IMG/VR virus record: IMGVR_UViG_3300047673_000158
Location: 19,412 to 83,411 of that record
Length of the DNA stretch: 64,000 nt
DNA from: a virus
Strand: one strand, 5' to 3'
A model generated the notes under the pieces. That model saw nothing but the letters and a program-made list of their open reading frames with translations. It was not told the DNA's origin and did not search any database. Both the position numbers and the translations under genes were made by a program. Below are positions 44,813-53,723 of the stretch, one piece after another. Position 1 is the first letter of the stretch; each line of letters begins with the position of its first letter.

Positions 44813-45016
44813 ATGGGATCATTGCTCAACGAACAGGAAGCGCGGGAATTACTGGAAGGCTTCGGCAAGGCTAACAGCCTGGAAGAAGCCGAACTGCGCG
44901 GAATGCAGCGCATGCTGTCGCTTGTGTGCAACAGCGGGAAACGAGACTTCCCCACGCTGGTGGGGCGCATGCGCCGTGTGATCGAGGCAGCGCGCGAGGA
45001 AACGACGGCGCACTGA
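44813..45016 (+). CDS. Hypothetical protein (copy B)
   Basis: Ortholog of 1042-1245. Confidence 0.7.
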   Translation: MGSLLNEQEARELLEGFGKANSLEEAELRGMQRMLSLVCNSGKRDFPTLVGRMRRVIEAAREETTAH

Positions 45017-45144
45017 TGACGGCGACACGTAAGCGATTAAGCCACCTTCGGGTGGCTTTTTTATTTGTGCGTCAAAAGGGCTTGCGTTTACTTAGGGAAA
45101 CATGGAAAATCGCTTTCATTGACAACGAAGGCGGGGTGCGGGCA

Positions 45145-45402
45145 ATGAACGAACAGGACGCAATCGAGTTCGCCAGCATAAACGGCGTGACTGTGACAAC
45201 AGATAAGGTTGACCGCTTCAAGGTTGGCGGAAAGTGGAGCCGCCGAATTTCTTTCCGCGTTGGGAAGTTCATCGTTATTCGATTTGGCGATGAAACCGCA
45301 TGGAGGATAGCGGGAGTTAGCCCGCGTCCGTTCAGGCGCGGCGAAGCAATCGAACGCTGCGTGAATCTAACTATCGAGCAAATTCAGATGGAGGATGAAT
45401 GA
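45145..45402 (+). CDS. Hypothetical early protein (copy B)
   Basis: Follows promoter and operator 45082-45117. Confidence 0.6.
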   Translation: MNEQDAIEFASINGVTVTTDKVDRFKVGGKWSRRISFRVGKFIVIRFGDETAWRIAGVSPRPFRRGEAIERCVNLTIEQIQMEDE

Positions 45403-45731
45403 GTCAGCAAACCCTGGCGGAACTGATCGCGGCGCGTGACGAGCTAACGCGGCGCATTGAGGATATGCAGGCGGCAACCAGGGCAGAAGCGGTGCGGACG
45501 GTGGCGGCGCTGATCGCTGAACACGACATGACGGCGCACGAAGTGGGGCTGGTGCGAACCCAGCAATTGAAGCCGGGCCGCAAGGGTGCGCCGACGTTCA
45601 AGCAGAAGGCAAAGCGACCGCCGAACCCGCCGAAGTATCGAGACCCGAAAACGGGCGCGACGTGGACGGGGAACGGCAAGGCACCTGCCTGGCTGAACGG
45701 GCAGGATAGGGACGAGTTTTTAATCTACTGA
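45399..45731 (+). CDS. hns: H-NS family protein (copy B)
   Basis: Ortholog of 1661-1993. Confidence 0.85.
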   Translation: MSQQTLAELIAARDELTRRIEDMQAATRAEAVRTVAALIAEHDMTAHEVGLVRTQQLKPGRKGAPTFKQKAKRPPNPPKYRDPKTGATWTGNGKAPAWLNGQDRDEFLIY

Positions 45732-45737
45732 GGGTAA

Positions 45738-45914
45738 ATGATGGACGATACGATACGCAGGCCGGGCGTGCTGCCCATTGCAAAGCGGCTGGCAGTGCAA
45801 AACCCAAGCTGGACGCAAGAGCGCGTGAATTGTGAGGCGAAGCGAATTTTTATCGAGCAGCAGCGGGCCGCGAAATACGACAGCAAAGGTGGCGACGGTT
45901 CAAAGGTGAGGTAA
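45738..45914 (+). CDS. Hypothetical protein (58 aa, copy B only)
   Basis: RBS gagg, open frame; insertion relative to copy A. Confidence 0.5.
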   Translation: MMDDTIRRPGVLPIAKRLAVQNPSWTQERVNCEAKRIFIEQQRAAKYDSKGGDGSKVR

Positions 45915-45954
45915 TACGGGATACAATGGGCTACCAATAACTACGGGGTGGCCT

Positions 45955-46095
45955 ATGTTTGTGTTCCTGCTGCTATTATTCGCAGCGCTAATGGTCTTCG
46001 GGCTGGCGCTTGCATTCTTCCTGCTGTCGCTGGCCCTGTACCGCGCAGCGAGTTCATTAGAGCGGGCCAAACCACAGCGCGAACACGCACACTAG
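45955..46095 (+). CDS. Small membrane protein (46 aa, copy B)
   Basis: Ortholog of 2061-2201, ends ERAKPQREHAH. Confidence 0.65.
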   Translation: MFVFLLLLFAALMVFGLALAFFLLSLALYRAASSLERAKPQREHAH

Positions 46096-46237
46096 ACCCG
46101 CGCGATAGTCACTTTCTAGCCACCTTCGGGTGGCTTTTTTGTTGCCTTTTTCGTTTAAACGCAAAACGGGGCTTGTGTTTGCTTTTGGAAACATTTATGA
46201 TTCTTCCATCGACAACGCAACACGAAGGGGAAACGAA

Positions 46238-46459
46238 ATGGCCGCAGGATTCAAGAGCCGCGCAACGAAAGTCGTGAACTTCGTTCAAATCAATCATCAA
46301 CGCTTCTGGACTTTCGATAACGGCCATTTCGCATACTCGATTGGCGATGGCGTGAAGTGCTGCAACGCTCGCGGCCGTTCGTTCGCCAACACGGGACACT
46401 ACGCGCCGTTAGTGGAAGCGCAGCACAAAGCAATGCAGCGATTCGAGCGCAACGCCTAA
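46238..46459 (+). CDS. Hypothetical early protein (variable cassette)
   Basis: Same slot as 2344-2541, unrelated sequence. Confidence 0.6.
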   Translation: MAAGFKSRATKVVNFVQINHQRFWTFDNGHFAYSIGDGVKCCNARGRSFANTGHYAPLVEAQHKAMQRFERNA

Positions 46460-46502
46460 CAACCGCGCCCGCTTCGGCGGGCATCAATGAGGGATGGAAT
46501 AA

Positions 46503-46694
46503 ATGGAAATCTCACTGAACATAACTTTTGACGACGGCACGGAAGAAAACGACATAGCAAACGCCCTAAGCATCGCAGGGGATCGAGCGTCAGAGTGTGG
46601 ACGCGAGATAGCGGCAATGAAAGTTGACGACCAAATACAAATTGATGTCAATTATCCAGGTGTGCAGGACGTTTCAATTTTCCGCCACGCCTGA
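46503..46694 (+). CDS. Small acidic protein (variable cassette)
   Basis: Same slot as 2590-2769, unrelated; D/E-rich. Confidence 0.65.
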   Translation: MEISLNITFDDGTEENDIANALSIAGDRASECGREIAAMKVDDQIQIDVNYPGVQDVSIFRHA

Positions 46695-46768
46695 ACACCA
46701 AGCCCGCCGCGTGCGGGCTTTTGCAGTGAAACGGTGGTGTGGTGCCGCCGTCTTTCGGAATCCTGAAA

Positions 46769-46963
46769 ATGACTATCAAAAAACGGGCGCAGGTGACGGA
46801 ACGGGCGAAGGCTTACGACGCAGCCGCACAGCCGACAACGGGGCTAATCTATGCCCTGGCTGACGCGGTGGCGCAGAGTATCGCTAACGTGACGGGTGCG
46901 CCGGTTGATTTTGTCATTCATGGGATAGTGAAGATTTCCAGGCAGCCGCAAAAGGCGGCATAG
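46769..46963 (+). CDS. Hypothetical protein (copy B)
   Basis: Ortholog of 2843-3037. Confidence 0.6.
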   Translation: MTIKKRAQVTERAKAYDAAAQPTTGLIYALADAVAQSIANVTGAPVDFVIHGIVKISRQPQKAA

Positions 46964-46971
46964 GGGGTTGT

Positions 46972-47412
46972 GTGAGTGAGGATAAATACAAGGCAGCGCG
47001 GCAGGAATTCGCGCAGTGGTTCGCGTCGAACTATCCTGGACCGGATACGATAATTCACGATCCGTTCTGGCATGCGCCGAAAGTGTTTCGGGCTGCGCTG
47101 ACGGCTATCGAGCGGAACGCGCAATCGTGCGGTGACGCCGAGCAAGCAGACGCTCCGCAAAAGCTGTGTTCCATCTGCCACGGATACGGACGCTATCAGG
47201 ACGGCAACAGCGGGACGGAATCAGACGGCTACGCTCCGAATATTGTTGAGTGCGAATGCGCTCCTGAAGAACGATTCCCGAAAACATCGTCAATGCCAAG
47301 CGGTTCGACCGCGAGACATTTGCAGATGACACGGAGTTCGCAGATTAGGTTCAGAGCCGCGCACGCCACACACTCGCTCGCGCAAAGGACAGCAAATGAA
47401 CACGACAAATAA
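46972..47412 (+). pseudogene. Mosaic ORF with a probable frameshifted, nonsense-interrupted 3' module
   Basis: Alternative frame reads NAKRFDRETFADDTEFAD*VQSRARHTL (TAG 47346) and ends ATGA-coupled to the next gene. Confidence 0.45.
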
Positions 47413-48154
47413 CACTTCGCTCACCGATGAGCAGATTCGCAACATCGAGAACGACCAGGCGAAGATGCCCGGCGTTACCCGCGAAAACCTGACGGCGCGA
47501 ACCGTACGCGCGGCCCTAATTGCGCAGCATGGATTCTGTCTCGATGAAGATCAATGCACATGCGCTCGCGAAATTGGCTACCGAGTGTGCCAGCCAAGCA
47601 CCCACACTTCGCCGAGCGGTGAGGATGCCGCAAATGGGGCGATGGGGGAGCGGGAAGCGTTTGAGGCGATCCACGAGTTTCTAGGCATCGCAGCAAAGCG
47701 TCTCTACCCAACTCCCGACAAGCCTAATAGTGATTGGGCAAAACTTCGGGCAGCAGTTGACGCGCTCGCACTACTCCAAGCCCGCGCCGCACTCACCGCC
47801 GAAAAGGTGGCAGCGGAGCCGGTGGCGGGTGAGATTCAAGCATTCGAAGCATGGTTCAAGACTTCCGGCTTCTGGAATAACGCGATTACGGAAAAGGCTT
47901 GGCGTGCGGCGTGCGCATGGATGCGTGAATCGAACGCGACTATGTGCGAGGAAGTCATGGAGCAAAGCCGTAATTCACTATTTCGGAGCGCCGCGAAGAT
48001 ATGCGCGGGACTCATACGCGCCGGAAGAAAGGCGCAATGCGACTTGCCGCCAAAAGGCTGGTACTGCACGCGCGATAAAGGCCACGAAGGACCATGTGCA
48101 GCGCATTCAACCGAGCAGCAGCCCGCGCAATCTGCCGAGCAGGACGACGAATGA
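47396..48154 (+). CDS. Mosaic hypothetical protein
   Basis: LTDEQI, EREAFE, ARAAL..AAEPVA linkers; CTRxxGHxGPCAAH. Confidence 0.6.
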   Translation: MNTTNNTSLTDEQIRNIENDQAKMPGVTRENLTARTVRAALIAQHGFCLDEDQCTCAREIGYRVCQPSTHTSPSGEDAANGAMGEREAFEAIHEFLGIAAKRLYPTPDKPNSDWAKLRAAVDALALLQARAALTAEKVAAEPVAGEIQAFEAWFKTSGFWNNAITEKAWRAACAWMRESNATMCEEVMEQSRNSLFRSAAKICAGLIRAGRKAQCDLPPKGWYCTRDKGHEGPCAAHSTEQQPAQSAEQDDE

Positions 48155-48384
48155 AGCCACTTACACACTGCGATCTATTGGACATTCTCACGCAGGCGGA
48201 AAGCCGGGTGAAGCAATACGCCGGGACGGAGTTCGACCACGTGGCCAAGCATGCTCAGCAAACCGTGGATTTGGTAATGGCGAAGCTGGCGCGCGAAGGG
48301 ATAACGCGGCGCGATCTGGAAGGGCGCGCGGATATTGAACGGCTGGAAATGAAGTTTGCGGGCGGGGTAGTGAGCGCGGTTTAA
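48151..48384 (+). CDS. Hypothetical protein (copy B)
   Basis: Ortholog of 4061-4279. Confidence 0.65.
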   Translation: MKPLTHCDLLDILTQAESRVKQYAGTEFDHVAKHAQQTVDLVMAKLAREGITRRDLEGRADIERLEMKFAGGVVSAV

Positions 48385-48431
48385 TCAACCAGGCGGCCAC
48401 GGGGTGGCCGTCGATTTCGAAGGGGAACGAC

Positions 48432-49001
48432 ATGGGCAGGGCAGTGATTATTTATGGTCCGCAGGGATGCGGGAAAACGACGCACGCGAAGCAAATTGCG
48501 CAGCACTTCGGGAAGGCTGAAGTAATCGAAGCGGGCGACTTGCCTAGCGACTTCTGGAAGGGTGCGCCGTTCAGCAATAACGCGCTGGTGCTGACGAACG
48601 ACCAAGCGCTGGCGATGCACCACGGTGAGCATTTCGGCGCGAAGGTGTACACGTTCAACGAAGCGATGCTGGCGTGCGGCATCAATGAGCGGCAGCCGTA
48701 CCAAACAGAAGGCCACCCGCCACCCGGAGAATTGCTTGAAGGCATAAAGCCCGGATTCATAGCAATGCGCCGCACGCGGGCACCGTATGAGAAGGAAGCA
48801 ATGATAGATGTTTTCGACTCATTCGAAGACGGCAGCAGGCCGCTTGAAGGGCGGAAAAAGCTATTCAGTGTTCCGGCGACGTGGACGGCTGAACACATTA
48901 ACGTGGCGCTGGAAATCGAACGGCTGTCTTACCTGGATGGTGAGCGGGACGGCCGGGCCAGCGCGCAGTTCGAGATTCGCAAGGCGCTGGGGCTGAGATA
49001 G
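48432..49001 (+). CDS. Small P-loop protein
   Basis: Walker A GPQGCGKT. Confidence 0.65.
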   Translation: MGRAVIIYGPQGCGKTTHAKQIAQHFGKAEVIEAGDLPSDFWKGAPFSNNALVLTNDQALAMHHGEHFGAKVYTFNEAMLACGINERQPYQTEGHPPPGELLEGIKPGFIAMRRTRAPYEKEAMIDVFDSFEDGSRPLEGRKKLFSVPATWTAEHINVALEIERLSYLDGERDGRASAQFEIRKALGLR

Positions 49002-49240
49002 ATAGCCGCTTTCTTCGTACCCTTCACTACACAAGCCACCCTAGGGTGGCTTTTTTGCGTCCAAAAAACGGCGCAGATATGTAGTGTATGTGCAAAAATT
49101 CATATCAACTCACCTGCACTTTGCATCCACACTTGCTTATTTTGATACCCTCATAGACAATGATTATCACCGTGTTACCTACTGCAACCATGGTTAGGTA
49201 CACTCTCGGATTGCATTCCATCCCTCATACACTGAAGACC

Positions 49241-49822
49241 ATGAAAACCATTATCGAACTGATCCACGAAGCGAACCGGATAGCGCATAACGAAGTCATT
49301 GGCGAAATCACGGTGGACGGCATTCTGATAGCCCTGGCGACGCTGGAAGCGGCCAGCGGGAAGCGTACACGCCGCGCGCCTGACGAGTTCCAGCCCGCCG
49401 ACCACGACGCCGTGGCTAACCTGGTTGCCAATCTCGCAGAAGACGTGGTGACGGCTGCCACGGTCTACCGCGAACTGTACGGCAGGGCTGGCACTACGGC
49501 CGAACTGCGCACGGCGTCGGAGGCGCTGCGGGCCTGTGGCTGGGTGCCGTACAAGTCAACCGGCCGCACCAAGTGGCGGCGCAAGTCGGTTGCAGAAGAC
49601 GGCCTATACGGGCTGGCGAACGGCAGCGAAATATACGACCGCGTGACGGCGTGGGCGGACAGCATGCCGCACTTTCGGGACACCGCATCAACCATCTTTC
49701 GCCGGGTCATGGGCCGCGATCCTACGGCGATTGAGGCGCGTGCGGCGGGTGCTGCACTTCGTGACCTTGGTATCCCGTCCAGACGCACAAACGGCAGCCT
49801 GACATACGAGAAACGGGCCTGA
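49241..49822 (+). CDS. Tandem winged-helix protein (copy B)
   Basis: Ortholog of 5059-5640. Confidence 0.6.
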   Translation: MKTIIELIHEANRIAHNEVIGEITVDGILIALATLEAASGKRTRRAPDEFQPADHDAVANLVANLAEDVVTAATVYRELYGRAGTTAELRTASEALRACGWVPYKSTGRTKWRRKSVAEDGLYGLANGSEIYDRVTAWADSMPHFRDTASTIFRRVMGRDPTAIEARAAGAALRDLGIPSRRTNGSLTYEKRA

Positions 49823-50032
49823 AGCTACACTGCTACCCTGCCCGATACACTGCCAACTACACTGTTACCAAGCCTTGCCCAGCAAGGCTTTCAGCCATTT
49901 AGTGCATCTTAGGTAATCACTTTTACCAAATAACTAGGATGAAAGGGTATATAGTGGATAAGTAAGAATAGTGATTGTCTCTATACCATAGCAAATCAAA
50001 ACGTATAGAAACTGCTGCACTGGTGCACTGGT
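49823..50032. other. Putative origin, ACACT/GCACT iteron variant
   Basis: TACACTG x3, TGCACTGG x2, inverted AGTG copies, same hairpin as copy A. Confidence 0.6.
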
Positions 50033-50115
50033 GTGGTTTTTCGGTAATAAATACCGATTCGTGTCCGCATTCTGTTAACATAACCCCGCAGTGGCAATTT
50101 TTACCGAACGGGGCT

Positions 50116-50505
50116 ATGGACACTAAACCACTACCGGCAAGCGTGCAGGAAATCGCGGACGTGATCGGACGCGAACAGGCGTTACACCTTGTGGCAAATC
50201 TGCCGCGACGGAGTGACAACCGACCAGGCAAAGCGTGCAAGCGGCCAATGCTATATGTGCCGCAGCGAATCACGATGGACCACAAGCTGGTGGCCATATT
50301 GGGATTTGAAGACGCGGCAAAAATGGTTAATGCGTTCGGCGGTGAAAACCTGTATCCGGCGACGTGTTCCGAAAACAAAGGCGGCCGACCGAAGAAAAAC
50401 ACCGCCGTGGAAAGCGAGCCTGAGCAACCCGAAAATGTGGCCACTGTCCACAGCGGGGTTTTCCACATGCTATTTCCTTTTCACGGGAGTCCTGCCCGTG
50501 TTTGA
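50116..50505 (+). CDS. Mor/C-like activator (copy B)
   Basis: Ortholog of 5933-6322. Confidence 0.65.
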   Translation: MDTKPLPASVQEIADVIGREQALHLVANLPRRSDNRPGKACKRPMLYVPQRITMDHKLVAILGFEDAAKMVNAFGGENLYPATCSENKGGRPKKNTAVESEPEQPENVATVHSGVFHMLFPFHGSPARV

Positions 50506-50818
50506 TCTAATCAGGCGGTTCCCTGGTGCTGAATGGGCGATAGCCGCCTTATTCGGCGCATTGGTAGCCATGCCATTCCATGACGAACTGAAGACGCGTA
50601 AAGGCTTCGTGGTCTTCGTTCTCACTGGTGTGGCGTGCGGCTACTTCCTCACTGGAATGACGATCCGTTACTTCCATATCAATCCCGAATCAGCAGGTGG
50701 CGTGGGCTTTCTGCTGGGCGCATTCGGCGGCAGCATGATTTCCGCCGTTATCCGCTCGATTAAGGAAGCCGACTTGTGGGCGCTGGTGAAAGCCCGTTTC
50801 GGCGGGGGTTCGCAATGA
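50498..50818 (+). CDS. Holin (copy B)
   Basis: Ortholog of 6315-6635. Confidence 0.7.
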   Translation: MFDLIRRFPGAEWAIAALFGALVAMPFHDELKTRKGFVVFVLTGVACGYFLTGMTIRYFHINPESAGGVGFLLGAFGGSMISAVIRSIKEADLWALVKARFGGGSQ

Positions 50819-51075
50819 ACGAAACCATAACCGTGGCGGCTGCAATCGTGCTGATGCTGTGGGCGTGCTGGTGTGGTTTTTCGCGCAGCGTCAACGACGG
50901 CATTGTGGGCAAGGCGATTTACTTCTGGATCGCCGTTTCTGCGCTGGCCATTGTGTTGCACGTGGCTGAATTGCGGACATATCAGACTTTGATAGTCGCT
51001 TTCGCAATGTTGAGCGTTCGGCATTACTGGCTGCGATACGTCAAAAAACAGCTATTCAAAAAGGCGGCAGCGTAA
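50815..51075 (+). CDS. Second holin/antiholin-like protein (copy B)
   Basis: Ortholog of 6632-6892. Confidence 0.6.
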   Translation: MNETITVAAAIVLMLWACWCGFSRSVNDGIVGKAIYFWIAVSALAIVLHVAELRTYQTLIVAFAMLSVRHYWLRYVKKQLFKKAAA

Positions 51076-51560
51076 TGGCTCGCATAACAGCACAGCAGGC
51101 GGGTGGGGCGAACCGCGTTGCATTTCTGGACATGATCGCCCATTCGGAAATTGGCCTGCTACTGCTGGCAGAAACGGATAACGGCTATAACGTGCTGGTG
51201 GGATCGACGCCAGCTAAGCCGCTCATTTTCCCGTCGTATGCAACGCATCCAAACGTGCTGAATAAGGCGCTGAATTCGACGGCGGCCGGGCGCTATCAAT
51301 TGCTGTTCCGCTGGTTTAAGGCGTATGCGGCTTTGCTGAAGCTGCCGGATTTTAGTCCGCTGTCTCAAGACCTGATTGCATTGCAACAGATTCGCGAGCG
51401 TGGCGCATTTGCGCTGATCGACGCGGGCCAGTTCGAAGCGGCAGTGGCGAAGTGTTCGAACATTTGGGCATCGCTGCCGGGCAACTCGTATGGGCAGCAT
51501 ACGAACGATATTGCGGCGCTGAAGTTCGCCTATTTGAATGCGGGCGGGGTGGCGGCATGA
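51075..51560 (+). CDS. Endolysin GH104 (copy B)
   Basis: Same catalytic motifs as copy A. Confidence 0.92.
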   Translation: MARITAQQAGGANRVAFLDMIAHSEIGLLLLAETDNGYNVLVGSTPAKPLIFPSYATHPNVLNKALNSTAAGRYQLLFRWFKAYAALLKLPDFSPLSQDLIALQQIRERGAFALIDAGQFEAAVAKCSNIWASLPGNSYGQHTNDIAALKFAYLNAGGVAA

Positions 51561-51688
51561 AGCGGGATTGCAAAGAGTTCATTCTGGCGCTGCTGTGTGC
51601 TGCCGCATTCGTGGCGGGAATGCTTAGCGGCTATTTCGCAAAAGAGCCGGTGAAGCCGGTTCATGTGGTGAGGGTTTATCAGGCATGA
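51557..51688 (+). CDS. Small membrane protein (copy B)
   Basis: Ortholog of 7679-7804. Confidence 0.55.
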   Translation: MKRDCKEFILALLCAAAFVAGMLSGYFAKEPVKPVHVVRVYQA

Positions 51689-51909
51689 ACGAAATTTCTG
51701 GAGTGCTGCCGCGAGCGAGCTTTAAGGATCGAATCGCGGCTATGCAAATGCGCGGAACGATTCAAACGTGCATTAAGAATGCGCGGCGTGAATACAACCG
51801 AATCGAGCGCAAGCGGCTGGGCGGCATGGCGGAAAGCATGGCGCATAAGGCAATGGACGCGGTTGAAAATCGCGTGTTTGCCCTGTACGACCAAACGAAC
51901 CCGCTGTGA
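51685..51909 (+). CDS. Hypothetical protein (copy B)
   Basis: Shares core with 7801-8019. Confidence 0.55.
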   Translation: MNEISGVLPRASFKDRIAAMQMRGTIQTCIKNARREYNRIERKRLGGMAESMAHKAMDAVENRVFALYDQTNPL

Positions 51910-51988
51910 TAGTCGCTTTCGCAATTGCAGTTCCGGTGGCGCTGTGGTTTGGCGCCTTCGTTTGGGTGTTATGGGGAGCAATTTTCGA

Positions 51989-52462
51989 ATGATCGGACTG
52001 AGCATTTACGCAAAGGTGGCAGCGGCGGCAATCGTGGCGCTGGTGATAGTCGCTTTCGGCTGGCATGAGTACAAGGCTGGCGAAACGGCAGGCATGGCGA
52101 CCGTGCAGCAGAAGTGGGATGCACAGACGGCAGCCGTGGACCATGCAACCACGGTGGCGGTGCAGGCAGCGGCCAGTGATGCGCTGGCGAATTACAAGGC
52201 GGCTGGCGATAGCGTGCAGGCTGCCGACGAACACAAGGCGCAGCAGGCCGCTGTGCGCGATCAATTGACGAAGCGAGCAATCGACTATGCAAACAAACCG
52301 GGCAACGTGGGAACGGCGGGCAGTGCTGCTGGTGCTAGTGGCAGTGTGGGCGTGTGTGGGCTTGATGCTGACGGGTTGCGCATCTGGAACGATGCCAATG
52401 CAGCAGCCAACGGTGGCAGTGGTGGCAGCGCATCCGACAGTGCGGGAAGCGTTGCTAAATGA
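51989..52462 (+). CDS. i-spanin (copy B)
   Basis: Ortholog of 8096-8563. Confidence 0.75.
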   Translation: MIGLSIYAKVAAAAIVALVIVAFGWHEYKAGETAGMATVQQKWDAQTAAVDHATTVAVQAAASDALANYKAAGDSVQAADEHKAQQAAVRDQLTKRAIDYANKPGNVGTAGSAAGASGSVGVCGLDADGLRIWNDANAAANGGSGGSASDSAGSVAK

Positions 52463-52616
52463 TTGCGCGAGTGTTGCGCCTGCTGCTAGTGGTCGCCTGG
52501 TTGACCTGCTATCCAATCACGTGGACGTGGCGATGGCATTGGCGGATTGTCGGCAGAGTAAGGCTGATCTGGTTGATGCGATACGCAAACAGGTTGGTAT
52601 TGACATCGTGCCGTGA
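52287..52616 (+). CDS. o-spanin (copy B)
   Basis: Lipobox LTGC. Confidence 0.72.
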   Translation: MQTNRATWERRAVLLVLVAVWACVGLMLTGCASGTMPMQQPTVAVVAAHPTVREALLNDCASVAPAASGRLVDLLSNHVDVAMALADCRQSKADLVDAIRKQVGIDIVP

Positions 52617-52746
52617 TGCCAAATGAAAACGGCCAGCGCGATGGCTGGCCGTGATGGAAGACGTTGCAGTGTCCGCCGACTTACTTGCTTCTCAAGAGCG
52701 GCGCAAATCTACAACGGAATCTGTATCGTGTCAAGTGCTAGCATAG

Positions 52747-52820
52747 TTATCCACAGGGCTATGCAGTTATCCACAGGCTGATGCACCATGATGGTGCGAT
52801 TGTGGATAACCTGTGGATAA
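52747..52820. promoter_or_regulatory. Four perfect DnaA boxes flanking an NtrC-like palindrome (copy B)
   Basis: TTATCCACA 52747 and 52767; TGCACCA-TGA-TGGTGCG 52782-52798; TGTGGATAA 52801 and 52812. Confidence 0.78.
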
Positions 52821-52823
52821 TTA

Positions 52824-52870
52824 GGGTCCTTCCTGACGGGGCCAGGGTGCGGGGTCCAAAGCACCGCGTA
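52824..52870 (+). other. cos site (copy B)
   Basis: cosQ GGGTCCT, then TGCG-GGGTCCAAAGCAC-CGCG at the same spacing as copy A. Confidence 0.7.
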
Positions 52871-52976
52871 AATAAAAATCTGAGAGGGTTTTTTTAAACG
52901 CGGACTACGACTAGTGAGCGCTTGTCAAGTGCTTTGATTGTTAACGAAAAACGAAATCTGACAAAGTAGTTTACCT

Positions 52977-53510
52977 ATGGCAACAGGCGTGCGGGGAATG
53001 CTCGTAAATCGGGCGAAGCTGGCCGAAGTCTTCGACGTGGCTCTGACGACCATCGACACCTGGGTGAAGAAAGGCTGTCCCGTCCACCAGCGTGGCGCGA
53101 AGGGGATCGAGTGGCAGTTCAACACCGCCGACGTGGCCCGGTGGCGCGAAGACGAACGCGCCAAACAGGCCGCTGGCACCGCGCCCGACGATATGGACAA
53201 GCTGGACCTACGGAAGGCGCAGGCCGACACCCTGCGCGCCGAACTGGAACTAGCGAAGGCCCGCGACGAAGTGGCGCCCGTGGCCGAATTCGAGAAGGCC
53301 ACCAGCCGCATGCTGGCCACGATCCGCACCAACGCCCTGAACATTCCCGCACGCGCCGCACTCCGGCTGCTGGGCGAGACCAACGAAACAACGTTTAAAC
53401 GCATTTTGCGCGAAGAAATCACGCTGGCGCTTGAAACATCGGCCGAATCCGACGTGGCGCTGGAAGACGAAGACGAAGACGGGGAAGCGAAGAATGACCG
53501 CGAGATTTGA
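52977..53510 (+). CDS. terS: Terminase small subunit (copy B, divergent)
   Basis: VNRAKLAEVFDV...WVKKGCP. Confidence 0.9.
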   Translation: MATGVRGMLVNRAKLAEVFDVALTTIDTWVKKGCPVHQRGAKGIEWQFNTADVARWREDERAKQAAGTAPDDMDKLDLRKAQADTLRAELELAKARDEVAPVAEFEKATSRMLATIRTNALNIPARAALRLLGETNETTFKRILREEITLALETSAESDVALEDEDEDGEAKNDREI

Positions 53511-53712
53511 CCGCCTGAAGGCCACGCGCCTAGCCAACGAACTGGCCGCCGAACTGGCAAAGCTGGCCGAAGTGCCGCACAAAATCCAGAAGGGCGGCGA
53601 CGTTCTGAGCATGACGAAGTTTTGCCTTCCCGCGCTGGCTCGCTGCTTTGAACATGGCGTGTACGAAGGTTTGGAACCTGGCAACGATCTGCCCGCGTGG
53701 CTGAAAGACTGA
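53494..53712 (+). CDS. Hypothetical protein in the slot occupied by the HNH gene in copy A
   Basis: 72 aa ORF between terS and terL. Confidence 0.55.
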   Translation: MTARFDRLKATRLANELAAELAKLAEVPHKIQKGGDVLSMTKFCLPALARCFEHGVYEGLEPGNDLPAWLKD

Positions 53713-53723
53713 AAGCCACTTTC

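Noticed and set aside
8874-52870. Concatemer ligated through cohesive ends
   Set aside because: The two putative cosN cores differ in sequence
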